Part shown: positions 1 to 8,145 of the stretch, in pieces | Position numbering within the stretch: position 1 is the stretch's first letter | Layout of the letters: every line of letters starts with the position of its first letter | Assembly (NCBI RefSeq): GCF_900289195.1 | Contig: NZ_OMOH01000001.1 | Span: forward strand, 414,768-446,767 | Source: Propionibacterium ruminifibrarum | GTDB taxonomy: Bacteria > Actinomycetota > Actinomycetes > Propionibacteriales > Propionibacteriaceae | Length of the DNA stretch: 32,000 nucleotides | Reading direction: 5' to 3' | Made by a program: the position numbers and the translations under genes | Notes under the pieces: model-generated | What the model was told of the DNA's origin: nothing | Seen by the model: the letters and a program-made list of their open reading frames with translations, nothing else | Database searches by the model: none

Positions 1-308
1 AGCCAGCCCTCACCGTACGGCGAAGAGTTGATGGTCTCGGGCGAGGTGATGACCGTCTCGTTGACCGCGCTGACCACGCCCGTGACAGGCGAGTGGACAT
101 CGCGGGCCGACGTGGTCGACTCCAGTCCACCGCAGGCATCCCCTGCGACGACCTCGTTGCCGACAGTGGGCAGATCAACGTGCACGACATCGCCGAGGGC
201 ATCGGCCGCTCGCTCGGTGACGCCGACCCGGACGATCTCGCTGCCCTCCTCGGAACGGACCCATTCGTGCGCGCGGCTGTAACGGAGTCCGGCCGGGAAC
301 TGCGCCAT
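1..308 (-). CDS. gcvH: Glycine cleavage system H-like protein, N-terminal ~102 codons (3' end lies beyond the left edge; absent from the supplied ORF track)
   Basis: My own translation of the minus strand from ATG 308..306, with AAAGGTGAGG SD-like sequence upstream, gives MAQFPAGLRYSRAHEWVRSEEGSEIVRVGVTERAADALGDVVHVDLPTVGNEVVAGDACGGLESTTSARDVHSPVTGVVSAVNETVITSPETINSSPYGEGWL. It aligns without gaps to the GcvH hallmarks (HEW, LGDVV-V-LP, ES-x-K-S, SP-x-G, PYG-GW), but the lipoyl-Lys position is Thr. Confidence 0.75.
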   Translation of the reverse strand, partial: MAQFPAGLRYSRAHEWVRSEEGSEIVRVGVTERAADALGDVVHVDLPTVGNEVVAGDACGGLESTTSARDVHSPVTGVVSAVNETVITSPETINSSPYGEGW

Positions 309-377
309 GTCCTCACCTTTCGGGCAGAGCCTGAAGCCTCTGGCACCCCGGTCACGGAAGCCCGGGGAGCGCGCGAA

Positions 378-401
378 GCAGGTGGGGCTGCGCCCACCTG
401 C
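378..401 (-). terminator. GC-rich hairpin between pimA and the gcvH-like gene
   Basis: gcaggtggg (378-386) pairs with cccacctgc (393-401), a 9-bp stem with a 6-nt loop. There is no clear U-tract. Confidence 0.3.
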
Positions 402-489
402 CGCACAGTCAACCACCGCCGCGAAGCGTCGGTCCACCCGGGCACGCACCATCGGACATGGTCCACAAGAAGTACACAGGAATCTGGGG

Positions 490-1674
490 TCAGGGCCGCG
501 AGAGGCTGAGCGTCCCGGCGGCACGCCCGCGGAAGCGGGGAATCCGCCAGCGGCTGCTCAGACGCATCCTGGCGGAGTTGAGCCGGGCGGTGCGGTACAT
601 CTGCACGATCTGCGGGCCGATCTGGGACCAGTCGAAACGGGCGGCCTGGGCCCTGCCCCGTTCCAGACGCAGGTCGCGGGGCTCGGACAGGCTGCGCACG
701 ATCGCCCGGGAGGCGCTCGCCGAGTTGCCGTTGCGGAAGACGTGACCGATGATGCCCTCGTCGTCGGAGAGGACGTCGACGAAGGCCGGCAGGTCGGACG
801 CGACAACGGGCGCCCCGCAGGCCATCGCCTCGAGCAGCACGATGCCGAAGCTCTCCCGGCCGGTCTGCGGGGCGATGTAGACGTCGGTGTGGCTCAGCCA
901 GTAGTTGCGGGCCTCGTCGTCCAGCCCGCCGAGGAAGCGCACGCCCTGCTCGGAGCGCGCCGACCCGGACCCGATGACGACGACGTCCAGGTCGGGGAAC
1001 TGGGCGCGCACCAGCGGGAGCGCCGGGGTGAGCACCTCGAAGCCCTTGCGGGGTTCGTCGTAGCGCCCCAGGAAGGTCAGGCGCGGTGCGTCCCCTCCCC
1101 GCCAGCGCCCCTGGACGGGCTCCAGCGGGTAGTCGTCGACATGGATGCCGTTGCCGATGATCACCGGGTTGACACCGGAGTGCTCGTGGGCGACCTTTGC
1201 CGCGGCCTCCGAGACGGCGATCGAGGCGTCGATGCGGCTCACCACGCTCGGCAGGATCGAGTTGACCATCTTGATGGCCCGCAGCGTCGGCATCGCGGTG
1301 TGGAAGGTGGTGATGACGGGGCGGTCGGTCAGGTACAGCGCCATCAGTCCGATGTTGGGGCCGATGGGCTCGTGCAGGTGCACGACGTCGAAGCGCCCGG
1401 AGTCGAGCCAGCGCTTGACCTTGGCGGCGGGCCCGGGACCGAAGTTGATCCGCGCCACCGAGCCGTTGAAGTTGATGGGCACGGCGTGACCGGCACTGGT
1501 GAACTCCTCGGGCCGCAGACCGGTCTCGGCGAGCAGGGCCGGGCTGGCCTGGCCGGGGGCCAGGATCGAGACCTCGTGGCCGTCCTTCTTGAGCCAGCCG
1601 GCCAGCCCCAGGACGTGGTTCTGCACGCCACCGGGGTACGTGAAGGAATAGGGGCAGACGATACCCACCCTCAT
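490..1674 (-). CDS. pimA: GT4 glycosyltransferase, phosphatidylinositol alpha-mannosyltransferase (PimA)
   Basis: 394-aa ORF starting MRVGIVCPYSFTYPGGVQNHVLGLAGWLKKDGHEV, a GT-B/GT4 N-terminus. It is the last gene of the conserved actinobacterial thrS-HIT-pgsA-acyltransferase-pimA cluster. Its ATG overlaps the upstream stop (ATGA at 1671-1674). Confidence 0.85.
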   Translation of the reverse strand: MRVGIVCPYSFTYPGGVQNHVLGLAGWLKKDGHEVSILAPGQASPALLAETGLRPEEFTSAGHAVPINFNGSVARINFGPGPAAKVKRWLDSGRFDVVHLHEPIGPNIGLMALYLTDRPVITTFHTAMPTLRAIKMVNSILPSVVSRIDASIAVSEAAAKVAHEHSGVNPVIIGNGIHVDDYPLEPVQGRWRGGDAPRLTFLGRYDEPRKGFEVLTPALPLVRAQFPDLDVVVIGSGSARSEQGVRFLGGLDDEARNYWLSHTDVYIAPQTGRESFGIVLLEAMACGAPVVASDLPAFVDVLSDDEGIIGHVFRNGNSASASRAIVRSLSEPRDLRLERGRAQAARFDWSQIGPQIVQMYRTARLNSARMRLSSRWRIPRFRGRAAGTLSLSRP

Positions 1675-2552
1675 GCGGCAACCCCCCTGAAGAACTTCTG
1701 CATCATGTGCCAGCTCACGGTGTGCCGGCTGACCTGTTCGCTGAAGAAATCGGCCAATTCCTGCATGGTGCGCACGAGTCCATCGGCCCCGTGCGTGACA
1801 TCCAGCTGCTCGGTGACGAGCACGTGGAGTCGGCCGACCCGGTCGAACCAGGTCACCACGCCGAACAAGGGGCGGTCGCTCTGCTGGGCCAGCAGACCGG
1901 GGCCCGCGGGCATCGTGATCTCGGCGTCACCGCCGGGCAGGTGCCAGGTGACCGGCACGCCCTTGCGGCTGAAGTCACGGTCCGCCACGAGGCAGACGAC
2001 GCGGCCCTCGTCCAGGTCGGCGCGCAGACGCGAGAAGACGGCCCGGTCCTTGACGTTGTAGATCCGGAACCCGAGTCTGGCCCGCAACTGCTGGAAGTAC
2101 TCGAACTGGCCGTCGGGCAGGCCCTCCGCCACGGAGCTGACCGGCAGCCCCTCGAGGCAGGCGAAGGCTCCCACCAGGTCCCAGCTGCCCATGTGAGGAA
2201 GGGCCGCGACGATACCGCCCTGCTCGTGGGCGACCTTGAGCCGATCCCAGGCCTCGGGGTTCTCCAGGATGATGCGCCGCCGGATGCGCCGCTCGCTCCA
2301 CCCGGCGAGCTGGAGCGAGGTCATCGTGTTCTCCATCCAGTCGGTCATCGCCCGGTAGGTGGCCCGCCAGCCCGGTGCATGCCCCTGAACGCGCTCGAAG
2401 TTGAGCTGCCACTGGCGCACGGTCCTGTTGCGCCCCCTGGCAAGGACGACGGTGGTGAGGGCGCTGACGGGGCGCCAGAACCACCAGGGCAGGTGGGCCC
2501 CTGCCCTGAGGACCATGAGCATGCCCGGCTGGCGGGACCGGCGGGGGCTCAC
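1671..2552 (-). CDS. patA: Phosphatidylinositol mannoside acyltransferase (HtrB/LpxL-like lysophospholipid acyltransferase family)
   Basis: This is the C-terminal part of ORF 1671..3026 (...LRAGAHLPWWFWRPVSALTT...GGIVAALPHMGSWDLVGA...VCLVADRDFSRKGV...). The position between pgsA and pimA supports the call. The start is either GTG 2552, which overlaps the pgsA stop as GTGA, or ATG 2522. The upstream 158 codons of the track ORF are Arg/Gly/Pro junk that overlaps pgsA. Confidence 0.75.
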   Translation of the reverse strand: MSPRRSRQPGMLMVLRAGAHLPWWFWRPVSALTTVVLARGRNRTVRQWQLNFERVQGHAPGWRATYRAMTDWMENTMTSLQLAGWSERRIRRRIILENPEAWDRLKVAHEQGGIVAALPHMGSWDLVGAFACLEGLPVSSVAEGLPDGQFEYFQQLRARLGFRIYNVKDRAVFSRLRADLDEGRVVCLVADRDFSRKGVPVTWHLPGGDAEITMPAGPGLLAQQSDRPLFGVVTWFDRVGRLHVLVTEQLDVTHGADGLVRTMQELADFFSEQVSRHTVSWHMMQKFFRGVAA

Positions 2553-3172
2553 TCCCTGAACTCCTCGGCCTGTGCCTGTGCGGTGGCCCGGCGCACGAGC
2601 ATCATGCGCTGGGCGACGGTGACGATCCCGGCGATGGCCAGGATGACCAGGCAGGCGGGCAGGCCCCAGTCGATGCCGACGCCGGTGAGCATGGCCCCGA
2701 GCAGGCTGAGGAGCAGACGGTCCGCACGACCGGCCAGGCCGCCGTTGACCTCGTAGCCGAGGGATTCCCCGCGGGCCTTGGTGTAACTCGTCACCTGGCC
2801 GAGCACGAGGGTGACGAGGGCCAGACCCGCCCACCAGACGTTGTTGCCGGCGCCGACGAAGTAGAGCGCCAGGCCCCCCATGACCGCGCCGTCGGCGATC
2901 CGGTCGAGCGTGCTGTCGAGGAAGGCGCCCCAGTCGGAGCTGCGGCCGCTGGTGCGGGCCATGATGCCGTCCAGCGAGTCCGAGAAGATGAACACGAGCA
3001 GCAGCAGGACGCCCTGCCACAGCCAACCGTTCGGGAAGCAGATCAGCGAGATCGCGACGACCCCGATGGTGCCGGCCCAGGTGACCATGTCGGGCGTGAC
3101 GTGGGCCTTGAGCAGGGCGTGCGCGATGGGCGACATGACCTTCGTCCAGCGGGAGCGAAGATGCTCAAGCAT
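2549..3172 (-). CDS. pgsA: CDP-alcohol phosphatidyltransferase (phosphatidylinositol phosphate synthase)
   Basis: The protein starts [31 protein letters not shown] and carries DSLDGIMAR...DSTLDRIAD, the CDP-alcohol transferase D-x2-DG-x2-AR...D-x3-D motif, plus multiple TM segments. ATG 3172 overlaps the HIT stop (ATGCTTGA). Confidence 0.85.
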   Translation of the reverse strand: MLEHLRSRWTKVMSPIAHALLKAHVTPDMVTWAGTIGVVAISLICFPNGWLWQGVLLLLVFIFSDSLDGIMARTSGRSSDWGAFLDSTLDRIADGAVMGGLALYFVGAGNNVWWAGLALVTLVLGQVTSYTKARGESLGYEVNGGLAGRADRLLLSLLGAMLTGVGIDWGLPACLVILAIAGIVTVAQRMMLVRRATAQAQAEEFRE

Positions 3173-3776
3173 TCGGAACCTCCTGGTATGGGCCGAACAG
3201 CTCAACCCACGCGTCGGCGAAGAGACTGCGCGTGTCGGACAGCAGCTGGGGAACGGCCTTGGTCCGTCCGATGATCGGCAGGAAATTGGTGTCGCCGAGC
3301 CAACGGGGCACGACATGCTGGTGAAGGTGGGCGGCGATGCCCGCACCCGCCGCATCGCCCTGGTTCATGCCGATGTTGAACCCGGCCGGCGCGGAGACAT
3401 GACGCACCACGTGGATGGCCTGCTTGGTGAGCCGGGCGACCTCCTCGGCCTCGTCCTCGGTGGTGTCCGCGTATTCGGCCACATGGCGGTAGGGGCAGAC
3501 GAGCAGGTGGCCGGGGTTGTACGGGTACAGGTTGAGCACGACGTACGCGGCCCGTCCGCGCCGGACGATGAGCGAGGCCTCGTCGTCCCCGGCCTCTGGC
3601 GCCCGGCAGAAGGGGCACTGGGGTCCGGCATCGGAATCCGCCGGCTTGCCCTCGCCACCGACGTAGCTGGCCCTGTGCGGGGTCCACAGCCGCTGGAGGG
3701 CATCGGGCACGCCGGGCAGGTTCTCGACCCATTCGACGCCTCCGGCCGCGGCGTTCAGGGATTCGGAGTCACTCAC
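3165..3776 (-). CDS. HIT (histidine triad) family nucleotide hydrolase/phosphorylase
   Basis: Contains ...[22 protein letters not shown]...[17 protein letters not shown], which includes the HxHxH-type histidine triad. GTG 3776 overlaps the thrS stop (GTGAGTGA). The position matches the conserved thrS-HIT-pgsA arrangement. Confidence 0.8.
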   Translation of the reverse strand: MSDSESLNAAAGGVEWVENLPGVPDALQRLWTPHRASYVGGEGKPADSDAGPQCPFCRAPEAGDDEASLIVRRGRAAYVVLNLYPYNPGHLLVCPYRHVAEYADTTEDEAEEVARLTKQAIHVVRHVSAPAGFNIGMNQGDAAGAGIAAHLHQHVVPRWLGDTNFLPIIGRTKAVPQLLSDTRSLFADAWVELFGPYQEVPNA

Positions 3777-5820
3777 CCGCGCTCGCCTGCCTCGGTGCCG
3801 TCGGGTCCTCGTTGGCCCGTGAGACGATGTGCCCGACGATCCGGTCAATGGCTTCGTCCACGGCGACGCCATTGAGCTGACTGCCGTCCCGGAAGCGGAA
3901 GCTGACTGCGCCCGCGGCGCGGTCCGTCTCACCAGCGATGAGCATGAACGGCACCTTCTGCCGGGTGGCGTTCCGGATCTTCTTCTGCATCCGGTCATCG
4001 GAGTCGTCGACCTCGACCCGCACTCCCCTGGCCTTGAGCCGGGCGGCCACATCGGTCAGGTAGTCGGTGAACTCACCGGCGACGGGGATGGCGACGACCT
4101 GCACCGGGCTCAGCCAGGCCGGGAAGGAGCCCGCGTAGTGCTCGGTGAGCACGCCGATGAAGCGCTCGACGGAGCCGAGCTTGGCCGAATGGATCATCAC
4201 GGGCCGCCGACGCGAGCCGTCGGGGGCGGTGTACTCCAGGTCGAAGCGCTCGGGCTGGTTGAAGTCGTACTGGATGGTCGACATCTGCCAGGTACGACCG
4301 ATGGCGTCCTTGACCTGGACGGAGACCTTCGGCCCGTAGAAGGCCGCTCCCCCCGGGTCCGGCACGAGCTGCAGTCCGGTGGCGCGGCAGGCCCGTTCGA
4401 GGACGCGGGTGGCCTCCTGCCAGTCCTCGTCCGAACCGATGAACTTGTCCTTGTGGGAACCGTCATCGTCCCGCGTGGACAGCTCGAGGTAGAAGTCGTC
4501 GAGACCGAACGCCTCAAGGATGGACAGGAAGAAGGCGATCTGGTTGGTGATCTCCTCCTCCGCCTGCTCGGGCGTGCAGTAGGTGTGGGAGTCGTCCTGG
4601 GTGAAGCCGCGCATGCGGGTCAGCCCGTGGACGACGCCCGACTTCTCGTACCGGTAGTCCCGGCCCATCTCGAAGAAGCGCAGCGGGAGCTCCCGGTAGG
4701 AGCGTCCACGCGAGCGGTAGATGAGGTTGTGCATCGGGCAGTTCATGGCCTTGAGGTAGTAGTCCTGGCCGGCCCTGGTGACGTTGCCGTCCGCATCGCG
4801 TTCCTCGTCCACGGCCATGGGCGGGAACATCGTGTCGGCGTAGTACGGCAGGTGACCCGAGGTGTGGAACAGACCTCCCTTGCTGATCTCGGGAGTGTGC
4901 ACGACGTCGAACCCGGCCTCGAGGTGACGGCCGATCACGTAGGACTCGATCTCGTGACGCAGGATGCCCCCCTTGGGGTGGAAGACCACCAGGCCGGGAC
5001 CGATCTCCTCGGGGAAGCTGAACAGGTCGAGTTCGGCACCGAGCCTGCGGTGGTCACGCCTGGCGGCCTCGGCCATTCGCTCCTGGTAGGCCTTGAGGTC
5101 CTCGCGGCTGGCCCAGGCGGTGCCGTAGACGCGCTGAAGCGTGTCCCTGGCCTGGTCTCCGCGCCAGTATGCGGCGCTGGTGCGGGTCAGTGCAACGGCC
5201 CGGATGTAGCCGGTGTGCGGCACGTGCGGGCCGCGACACAGATCTTTCCAGGCCACGGTGCCGTCGCGGCGGATGTTGTCGTACATGGTCAGTTCGGCGC
5301 CGCCCACCTCGACCTGCGAGCCGTCCTGCGCGCCGGGGCGGTCCTTGTCGGTGATCAACTCGACCTTGAAGGGCTCATCGGCCTCCTCCGCGAGGGCCTG
5401 CTCCGTGGTGACGACACGGCGGACGAAACGCTGGCGCTGCTTGATGATGGCCTGCATCTTCTTCTCGATGGCCTTGAGGTCCTCGGGAGTGAGCGGGTCG
5501 GTCTTGAAGTCGTAGTAGAAGCCGTCGGCGATGGGCGGGCCGATACCGAGGCGGGCCTGCGGGAAGATCTCCTGCAACGCCTGGGCGGTCACGTGCGCAG
5601 CCGAGTGGCGGATGATGGCCAGTCCCTCATCACTGGTGTCCAGAACGGGTTCGAGACGGTCGCCGTCGGACAGCTCGGCGGCCAGGTCGCAGGTGGCACC
5701 GTTGACCCGCATGGCGACGACCGACTTGTCGCCACCGAAGACGTCCAGACCCGTGGTACCCGCCTCGACCATCTTCGACTCGTCTCGATGATCGCTGGCG
5801 ATGACGACTGATATCGACAC
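3769..5820 (-). CDS. thrS: Threonine--tRNA ligase
   Basis: ORF 3769..6219 contains full ThrRS-like sequence: a TGS-like N-terminus, HSAAHV, class II core ([26 protein letters not shown]) and an anticodon-binding C-terminus. I place the start at GTG 5820, preceded by AAAGGAAAAG SD. The ~133 codons further upstream look non-coding. Confidence 0.9.
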   Translation of the reverse strand: MSISVVIASDHRDESKMVEAGTTGLDVFGGDKSVVAMRVNGATCDLAAELSDGDRLEPVLDTSDEGLAIIRHSAAHVTAQALQEIFPQARLGIGPPIADGFYYDFKTDPLTPEDLKAIEKKMQAIIKQRQRFVRRVVTTEQALAEEADEPFKVELITDKDRPGAQDGSQVEVGGAELTMYDNIRRDGTVAWKDLCRGPHVPHTGYIRAVALTRTSAAYWRGDQARDTLQRVYGTAWASREDLKAYQERMAEAARRDHRRLGAELDLFSFPEEIGPGLVVFHPKGGILRHEIESYVIGRHLEAGFDVVHTPEISKGGLFHTSGHLPYYADTMFPPMAVDEERDADGNVTRAGQDYYLKAMNCPMHNLIYRSRGRSYRELPLRFFEMGRDYRYEKSGVVHGLTRMRGFTQDDSHTYCTPEQAEEEITNQIAFFLSILEAFGLDDFYLELSTRDDDGSHKDKFIGSDEDWQEATRVLERACRATGLQLVPDPGGAAFYGPKVSVQVKDAIGRTWQMSTIQYDFNQPERFDLEYTAPDGSRRRPVMIHSAKLGSVERFIGVLTEHYAGSFPAWLSPVQVVAIPVAGEFTDYLTDVAARLKARGVRVEVDDSDDRMQKKIRNATRQKVPFMLIAGETDRAAGAVSFRFRDGSQLNGVAVDEAIDRIVGHIVSRANEDPTAPRQASAGE

Positions 5821-6082
5821 TTCTTTTCCTTTCGGCGGCGAACCGGGCCGCGCGTGGTCGATCACCCGCCTGTGGCGGGAAGCAACCCCCATACGGGGAC
5901 CCCGTACATTCTGCCCCATCAGAACCGGTCGGCGACGTATCTCATTGCCCGCCGGTCGTGTCAGGCGCCTCGTCTCGAGGTCACGGCCCACGACGAGGGC
6001 CTCTCGGCGGCGACCGCCTGCGGGTGGCTTCCGGAGCTGAACCGGAAGCCTCCGTGAGACCCGGGGCGGACAGGAGACCATT

Positions 6083-6931
6083 ATGCGATACTCACCAGCT
6101 ATGAGCGATCCACAGAATCCGAATGAGAACAACCCCGCCGCCCCTGACGCCGAAGGTTCGTGGCAGCCTGCCGACCCCAGCGCCACCGGCCAGCCGACCA
6201 CCGGCCAGGACGCCATCAATCAGAACTACGGCTCCGCCCCAGGACAGGGCCAGCCGCCGTTCCAGCAGCAGTCACCGGGCCCCTTCCAGCCGAACCCCCA
6301 GGCACCCGCTCAGGGCCAGCCGCCGTTCCAGCCGAATGGCCAGCTGCCCCCGCAGGGCCAGGTTCCTGCGGGCAACGCCGCGGCCATGGGCAGCAGCGTC
6401 CCTGCCAAGACGAGCAATGCCGTACTCAAACGTGTCCTGGCCATCGTGGTGGCTGTGGTCCTGATCATCGGCGGCAGGCTCCTCTACGGCTGGCTCACGA
6501 CCTCGCACGACGCCACCAAGGACGTCGGCAAGTGCGTGGTCCTGTCCGGCACCGAGGATGACGTCAAAACCGAACGCGTCGACTGCAGCACCGACGGCTC
6601 CTACTACGTGGCCAAGGCCGGTTCCGGTGAGACCTGCACCGATGTCGCCGACACCGCGACGAACATCGGCGGCGCCTACGACCAGGTCACCATCACGAGC
6701 AACGGCTCGACGGCCAGCATGTGCCTGGTCCCCCAGCTGGCGAAGGACTCCTGCTACCCGGCAGAGACGAGCGGCCTGAGCTACCAGAGCGTCGACTGCA
6801 GCAGTTCCGAGGCGTACATCCACGTCGACGAGATCATCGAGGAGTACGACGCGACCTGCCCCGACACCTCCATGGGAGGACTGACCTACGACGAGCCGGC
6901 CCGCACCTACTGCGTCTCCACCACCGAGTGA
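6083..6931 (+). CDS. Hypothetical single-pass membrane protein with a Pro/Gln-rich N-terminus and an 8-Cys extracytoplasmic domain (LppU/SCO3897-like pattern, tentative)
   Basis: AGGAG SD lies 7 nt upstream of ATG 6083. There is one TM segment ([25 protein letters not shown]). The C-terminal domain has two similar modules, each C...VDCS...(E/A)TC(T/P)D...C. Confidence 0.7.
   Translation: MRYSPAMSDPQNPNENNPAAPDAEGSWQPADPSATGQPTTGQDAINQNYGSAPGQGQPPFQQQSPGPFQPNPQAPAQGQPPFQPNGQLPPQGQVPAGNAAAMGSSVPAKTSNAVLKRVLAIVVAVVLIIGGRLLYGWLTTSHDATKDVGKCVVLSGTEDDVKTERVDCSTDGSYYVAKAGSGETCTDVADTATNIGGAYDQVTITSNGSTASMCLVPQLAKDSCYPAETSGLSYQSVDCSSSEAYIHVDEIIEEYDATCPDTSMGGLTYDEPARTYCVSTTE
6245..6332 (+). repeat. 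In-frame 22-bp perfect direct repeat (two copies, 66 bp apart) inside the PQ-rich region
   Basis: cagggccagccgccgttccagc occurs at 6245-6266 and 6311-6332, encoding QGQPPFQ twice. Confidence 0.8.
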
Positions 6932-6990
6932 GCCCGCCCGCCGGGCTCACCGACCGGCGGTTCCGCACCGCAACAGCACCACAAGCATGA

Positions 6991-7022
6991 CGATCCCCCT
7001 GGCAGGGTTGCCAGGGGGATCG
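6991..7022. terminator. Bidirectional intrinsic-terminator-like hairpin between the membrane-protein gene (+) and the tRNA cluster (-)
   Basis: Perfect 14-bp inverted repeat: cgatccccctggca (6991-7004), loop gggt, tgccagggggatcg (7009-7022). Confidence 0.6.
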
Positions 7023-7027
7023 TCACA

Positions 7028-7102
7028 TGGTGGGCGACACTGGGTTTGAACCAGTGACCTCTTCCGTGTCAGGGAAGCGCGCTACCACTGCGCCAGCCGC
7101 CC
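7028..7102 (-). tRNA. tRNA-Val (anticodon GAC), CCA encoded
   Basis: The reverse complement is GGGCGGCTGGCGCAGTGGTAGCGCGCTTCCCTGACACGGAAGAGGTCACTGGTTCAAACCCAGTGTCGCCCACCA. It folds as a cloverleaf with anticodon loop CTGACAC and a GTTCAAA T-loop. Confidence 0.95.
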
Positions 7103-7103
7103 G

Positions 7104-7174
7104 AGGTGGAGACGGGATTTGAACCCGTGTATACGGATTTGCAGTCCGCTGCCTCGCCTCTCGGCCACTCCACC
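7104..7174 (-). tRNA. tRNA-Cys (anticodon GCA), no encoded CCA
   Basis: The reverse complement is GGTGGAGTGGCCGAGAGGCGAGGCAGCGGACTGCAAATCCGTATACACGGGTTCAAATCCCGTCTCCACCT. Anticodon loop is CTGCAAA and the discriminator is U. Only 1 nt separates it from tRNA-Val. Confidence 0.93.
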
Positions 7175-7237
7175 ACGTGGAGAGCTTGCCTCCACCACGA
7201 AGCTTCATGGTCAGTGGATGGGGCCAAGGCCTCTCCG

Positions 7238-7310
7238 AGCGGACGACGGGACTCGAACCCGCGACCCTCACCTTGGCAAGGTGATGCTCTACCAACTGAG
7301 CCACGTCCGC
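7238..7310 (-). tRNA. tRNA-Gly (anticodon GCC), no encoded CCA
   Basis: The reverse complement is GCGGACGTGGCTCAGTTGGTAGAGCATCACCTTGCCAAGGTGAGGGTCGCGGGTTCGAGTCCCGTCGTCCGCT. Anticodon loop is TTGCCAA. Confidence 0.95.
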
Positions 7311-7350
7311 ATCGCTTGTTCGAGGTTCCCCTCGGCGAAGCGCGGAGACC

Positions 7351-7379
7351 ACAATAGCGAACTCGCACGGGCAGCACAA
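7351..7379 (-). promoter_or_regulatory. Candidate promoter of the tRNA Gly-Cys-Val cluster
   Basis: The minus strand reads GGATTTGTGC-N17-TATTGT about 35-40 nt upstream of the tRNA-Gly 5' end. The GGATTTGT motif is shared with the divergent tRNA-Val promoter candidate. Confidence 0.3.
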
Positions 7380-7615
7380 ATCCGATGTTCCGCGCCACCG
7401 CAACGGCCATGGCGGCGGCCCCGACCGGTTGCCGGTTCACGACCGACGGATCCCGTACCACGCGATCACCCTGGCCCCTCACGCCGACCGCCTCCCGACA
7501 GCGGCAGAAGCACCACTGGAACACTGGGACGGGGTCACGGCCGGTCTCGGCGCCCCGGCGCGCCCCGCCGCCGGATCCGCACCACCCGCCCCCCACGAGA
7601 ACAGACGGCAAGGAT

Positions 7616-7645
7616 TTGTCCCGGCACGGCGCGGTGCGCTAGCTT
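7616..7645 (+). promoter_or_regulatory. Candidate promoter of tRNA-Val(CAC)
   Basis: TTGTCC (7616-7621), 18-nt spacer, TAGCTT (7640-7645), about 11 nt before the tRNA 5' end. It is preceded by the same GGATTTGT motif. Confidence 0.3.
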
Positions 7646-7656
7646 TGGCCAAGCCC

Positions 7657-7728
7657 GGGCGATTGGCGCAGCGGTAGCGCGCTTCGTTCACACCGAAGAG
7701 GTCACTGGTTCGAACCCAGTATCGCCCA
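7657..7728 (+). tRNA. tRNA-Val (anticodon CAC), no complete encoded CCA (ACCg)
   Basis: GGGCGATTGGCGCAGCGGTAGCGCGCTTCGTTCACACCGAAGAGGTCACTGGTTCGAACCCAGTATCGCCCA. Anticodon loop is TTCACAC. Confidence 0.95.
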
Positions 7729-7745
7729 CCGAGATACCGTTTCAT

Positions 7746-7771
7746 CTGCTGACTGGCTGGCCAGGCAGCAG
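7746..7771 (+). terminator. Hairpin downstream of tRNA-Val(CAC)
   Basis: ctgctgactgg / ccaggcagcag gives 10 bp with one A-G mismatch and loop ctgg. There is no clear T-tract. Confidence 0.35.
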
Positions 7772-8145
7772 AATGTGTGGCCCCACCGAGAGCGCCGACC
7801 CGTGCCCCCGCCGTCGAAAGCAGCTGGACGATCGCGCATCCGGCGCAACGACCGGCCAGACTGAACCAGGTCGACCGACACTCACCGACTCAGGCCGCGC
7901 CACAGCCACTCCCCCGCGCCCGGCGGAAAAATGCTGTTCCTCGGGCCCGCAATCGGGCCCCACAGAAGATTCTTCGGCCTCGACCGCCTCGTGAGAGCCG
8001 GAGAACAGGGACGTCCAACTCACCCAGTTTGATTATTTTGTTTCACATCGTGGACAGCAGACTTGTCATTTCCAACAAAATGTCCGAAAGTTGAGACACC
8101 ACGGCAACGGTGCCGCCCTGACAGTAACAAGAGATAGGGCATGCT

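Noticed and set aside
307-2061. A 584-aa plus-strand ORF and many other long ORFs antisense to recognised genes (for example 3829..5811+, 10043..11755-, 11077..12729+, 15587..17401-, 18172..19650-, 19329..21095-, 20839..21807-, 27327..29396+, 29486..31351+).
   Set aside because: All are Arg/Gly/Pro/Ala/His-rich low-complexity translations lying opposite genes with clear conserved motifs (pimA, thrS, rnd, dxs, nrfA, ccdA/resB, ccsA, acn, ettA). These are typical high-GC shadow ORFs caused by the scarcity of stop codons.
5821-6082. Possible T-box or other leader upstream of thrS. The minus strand contains GGGTGATCGACCACGCG, faintly like the T-box GGGUGGUACCGCG, plus several small hairpins.
   Set aside because: Matching the T-box motif requires insertions. 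I could not find a convincing Stem I with a specifier loop presenting an ACC codon, and no clear antiterminator/sequestrator alternative. It would need a covariance-model scan (Rfam T-box) to settle, so it is not called.
3769-6219. N-terminally extended versions of track ORFs: thrS as 816 aa, pgsA 268 aa, HIT 295 aa, acyltransferase 451 aa, dxs 693 aa, rnd 557 aa, both second-system two-component genes, lipoprotein paralog 2 as 297 aa, and ettA 596 aa.
   Set aside because: The extensions are Arg/Pro/Gly-rich, overlap upstream genes or intergenic DNA, and lack SD sequences. Internal starts with SD motifs or 4/8-nt overlaps give proteins of normal family length.
7023-7994. ORFs 7023..7403(-), 7069..7611(-), 7106..7357(+), 7119..7994(+) and 7479..7745(-).
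   Set aside because: They run through or antisense to the four tRNA genes and their flanks, and their translations are low-complexity. They are spurious.
7771-8145. Cobalamin or other riboswitch upstream of the CbiX-like gene, and an integrated element at the tRNA-Val 3' end.
   Set aside because: I found no recognisable B12-box or conserved riboswitch core by eye. There is no integrase, no recombinase fragment, and no direct repeat of the tRNA 3' end within the window. It is kept only as a low-interest observation.
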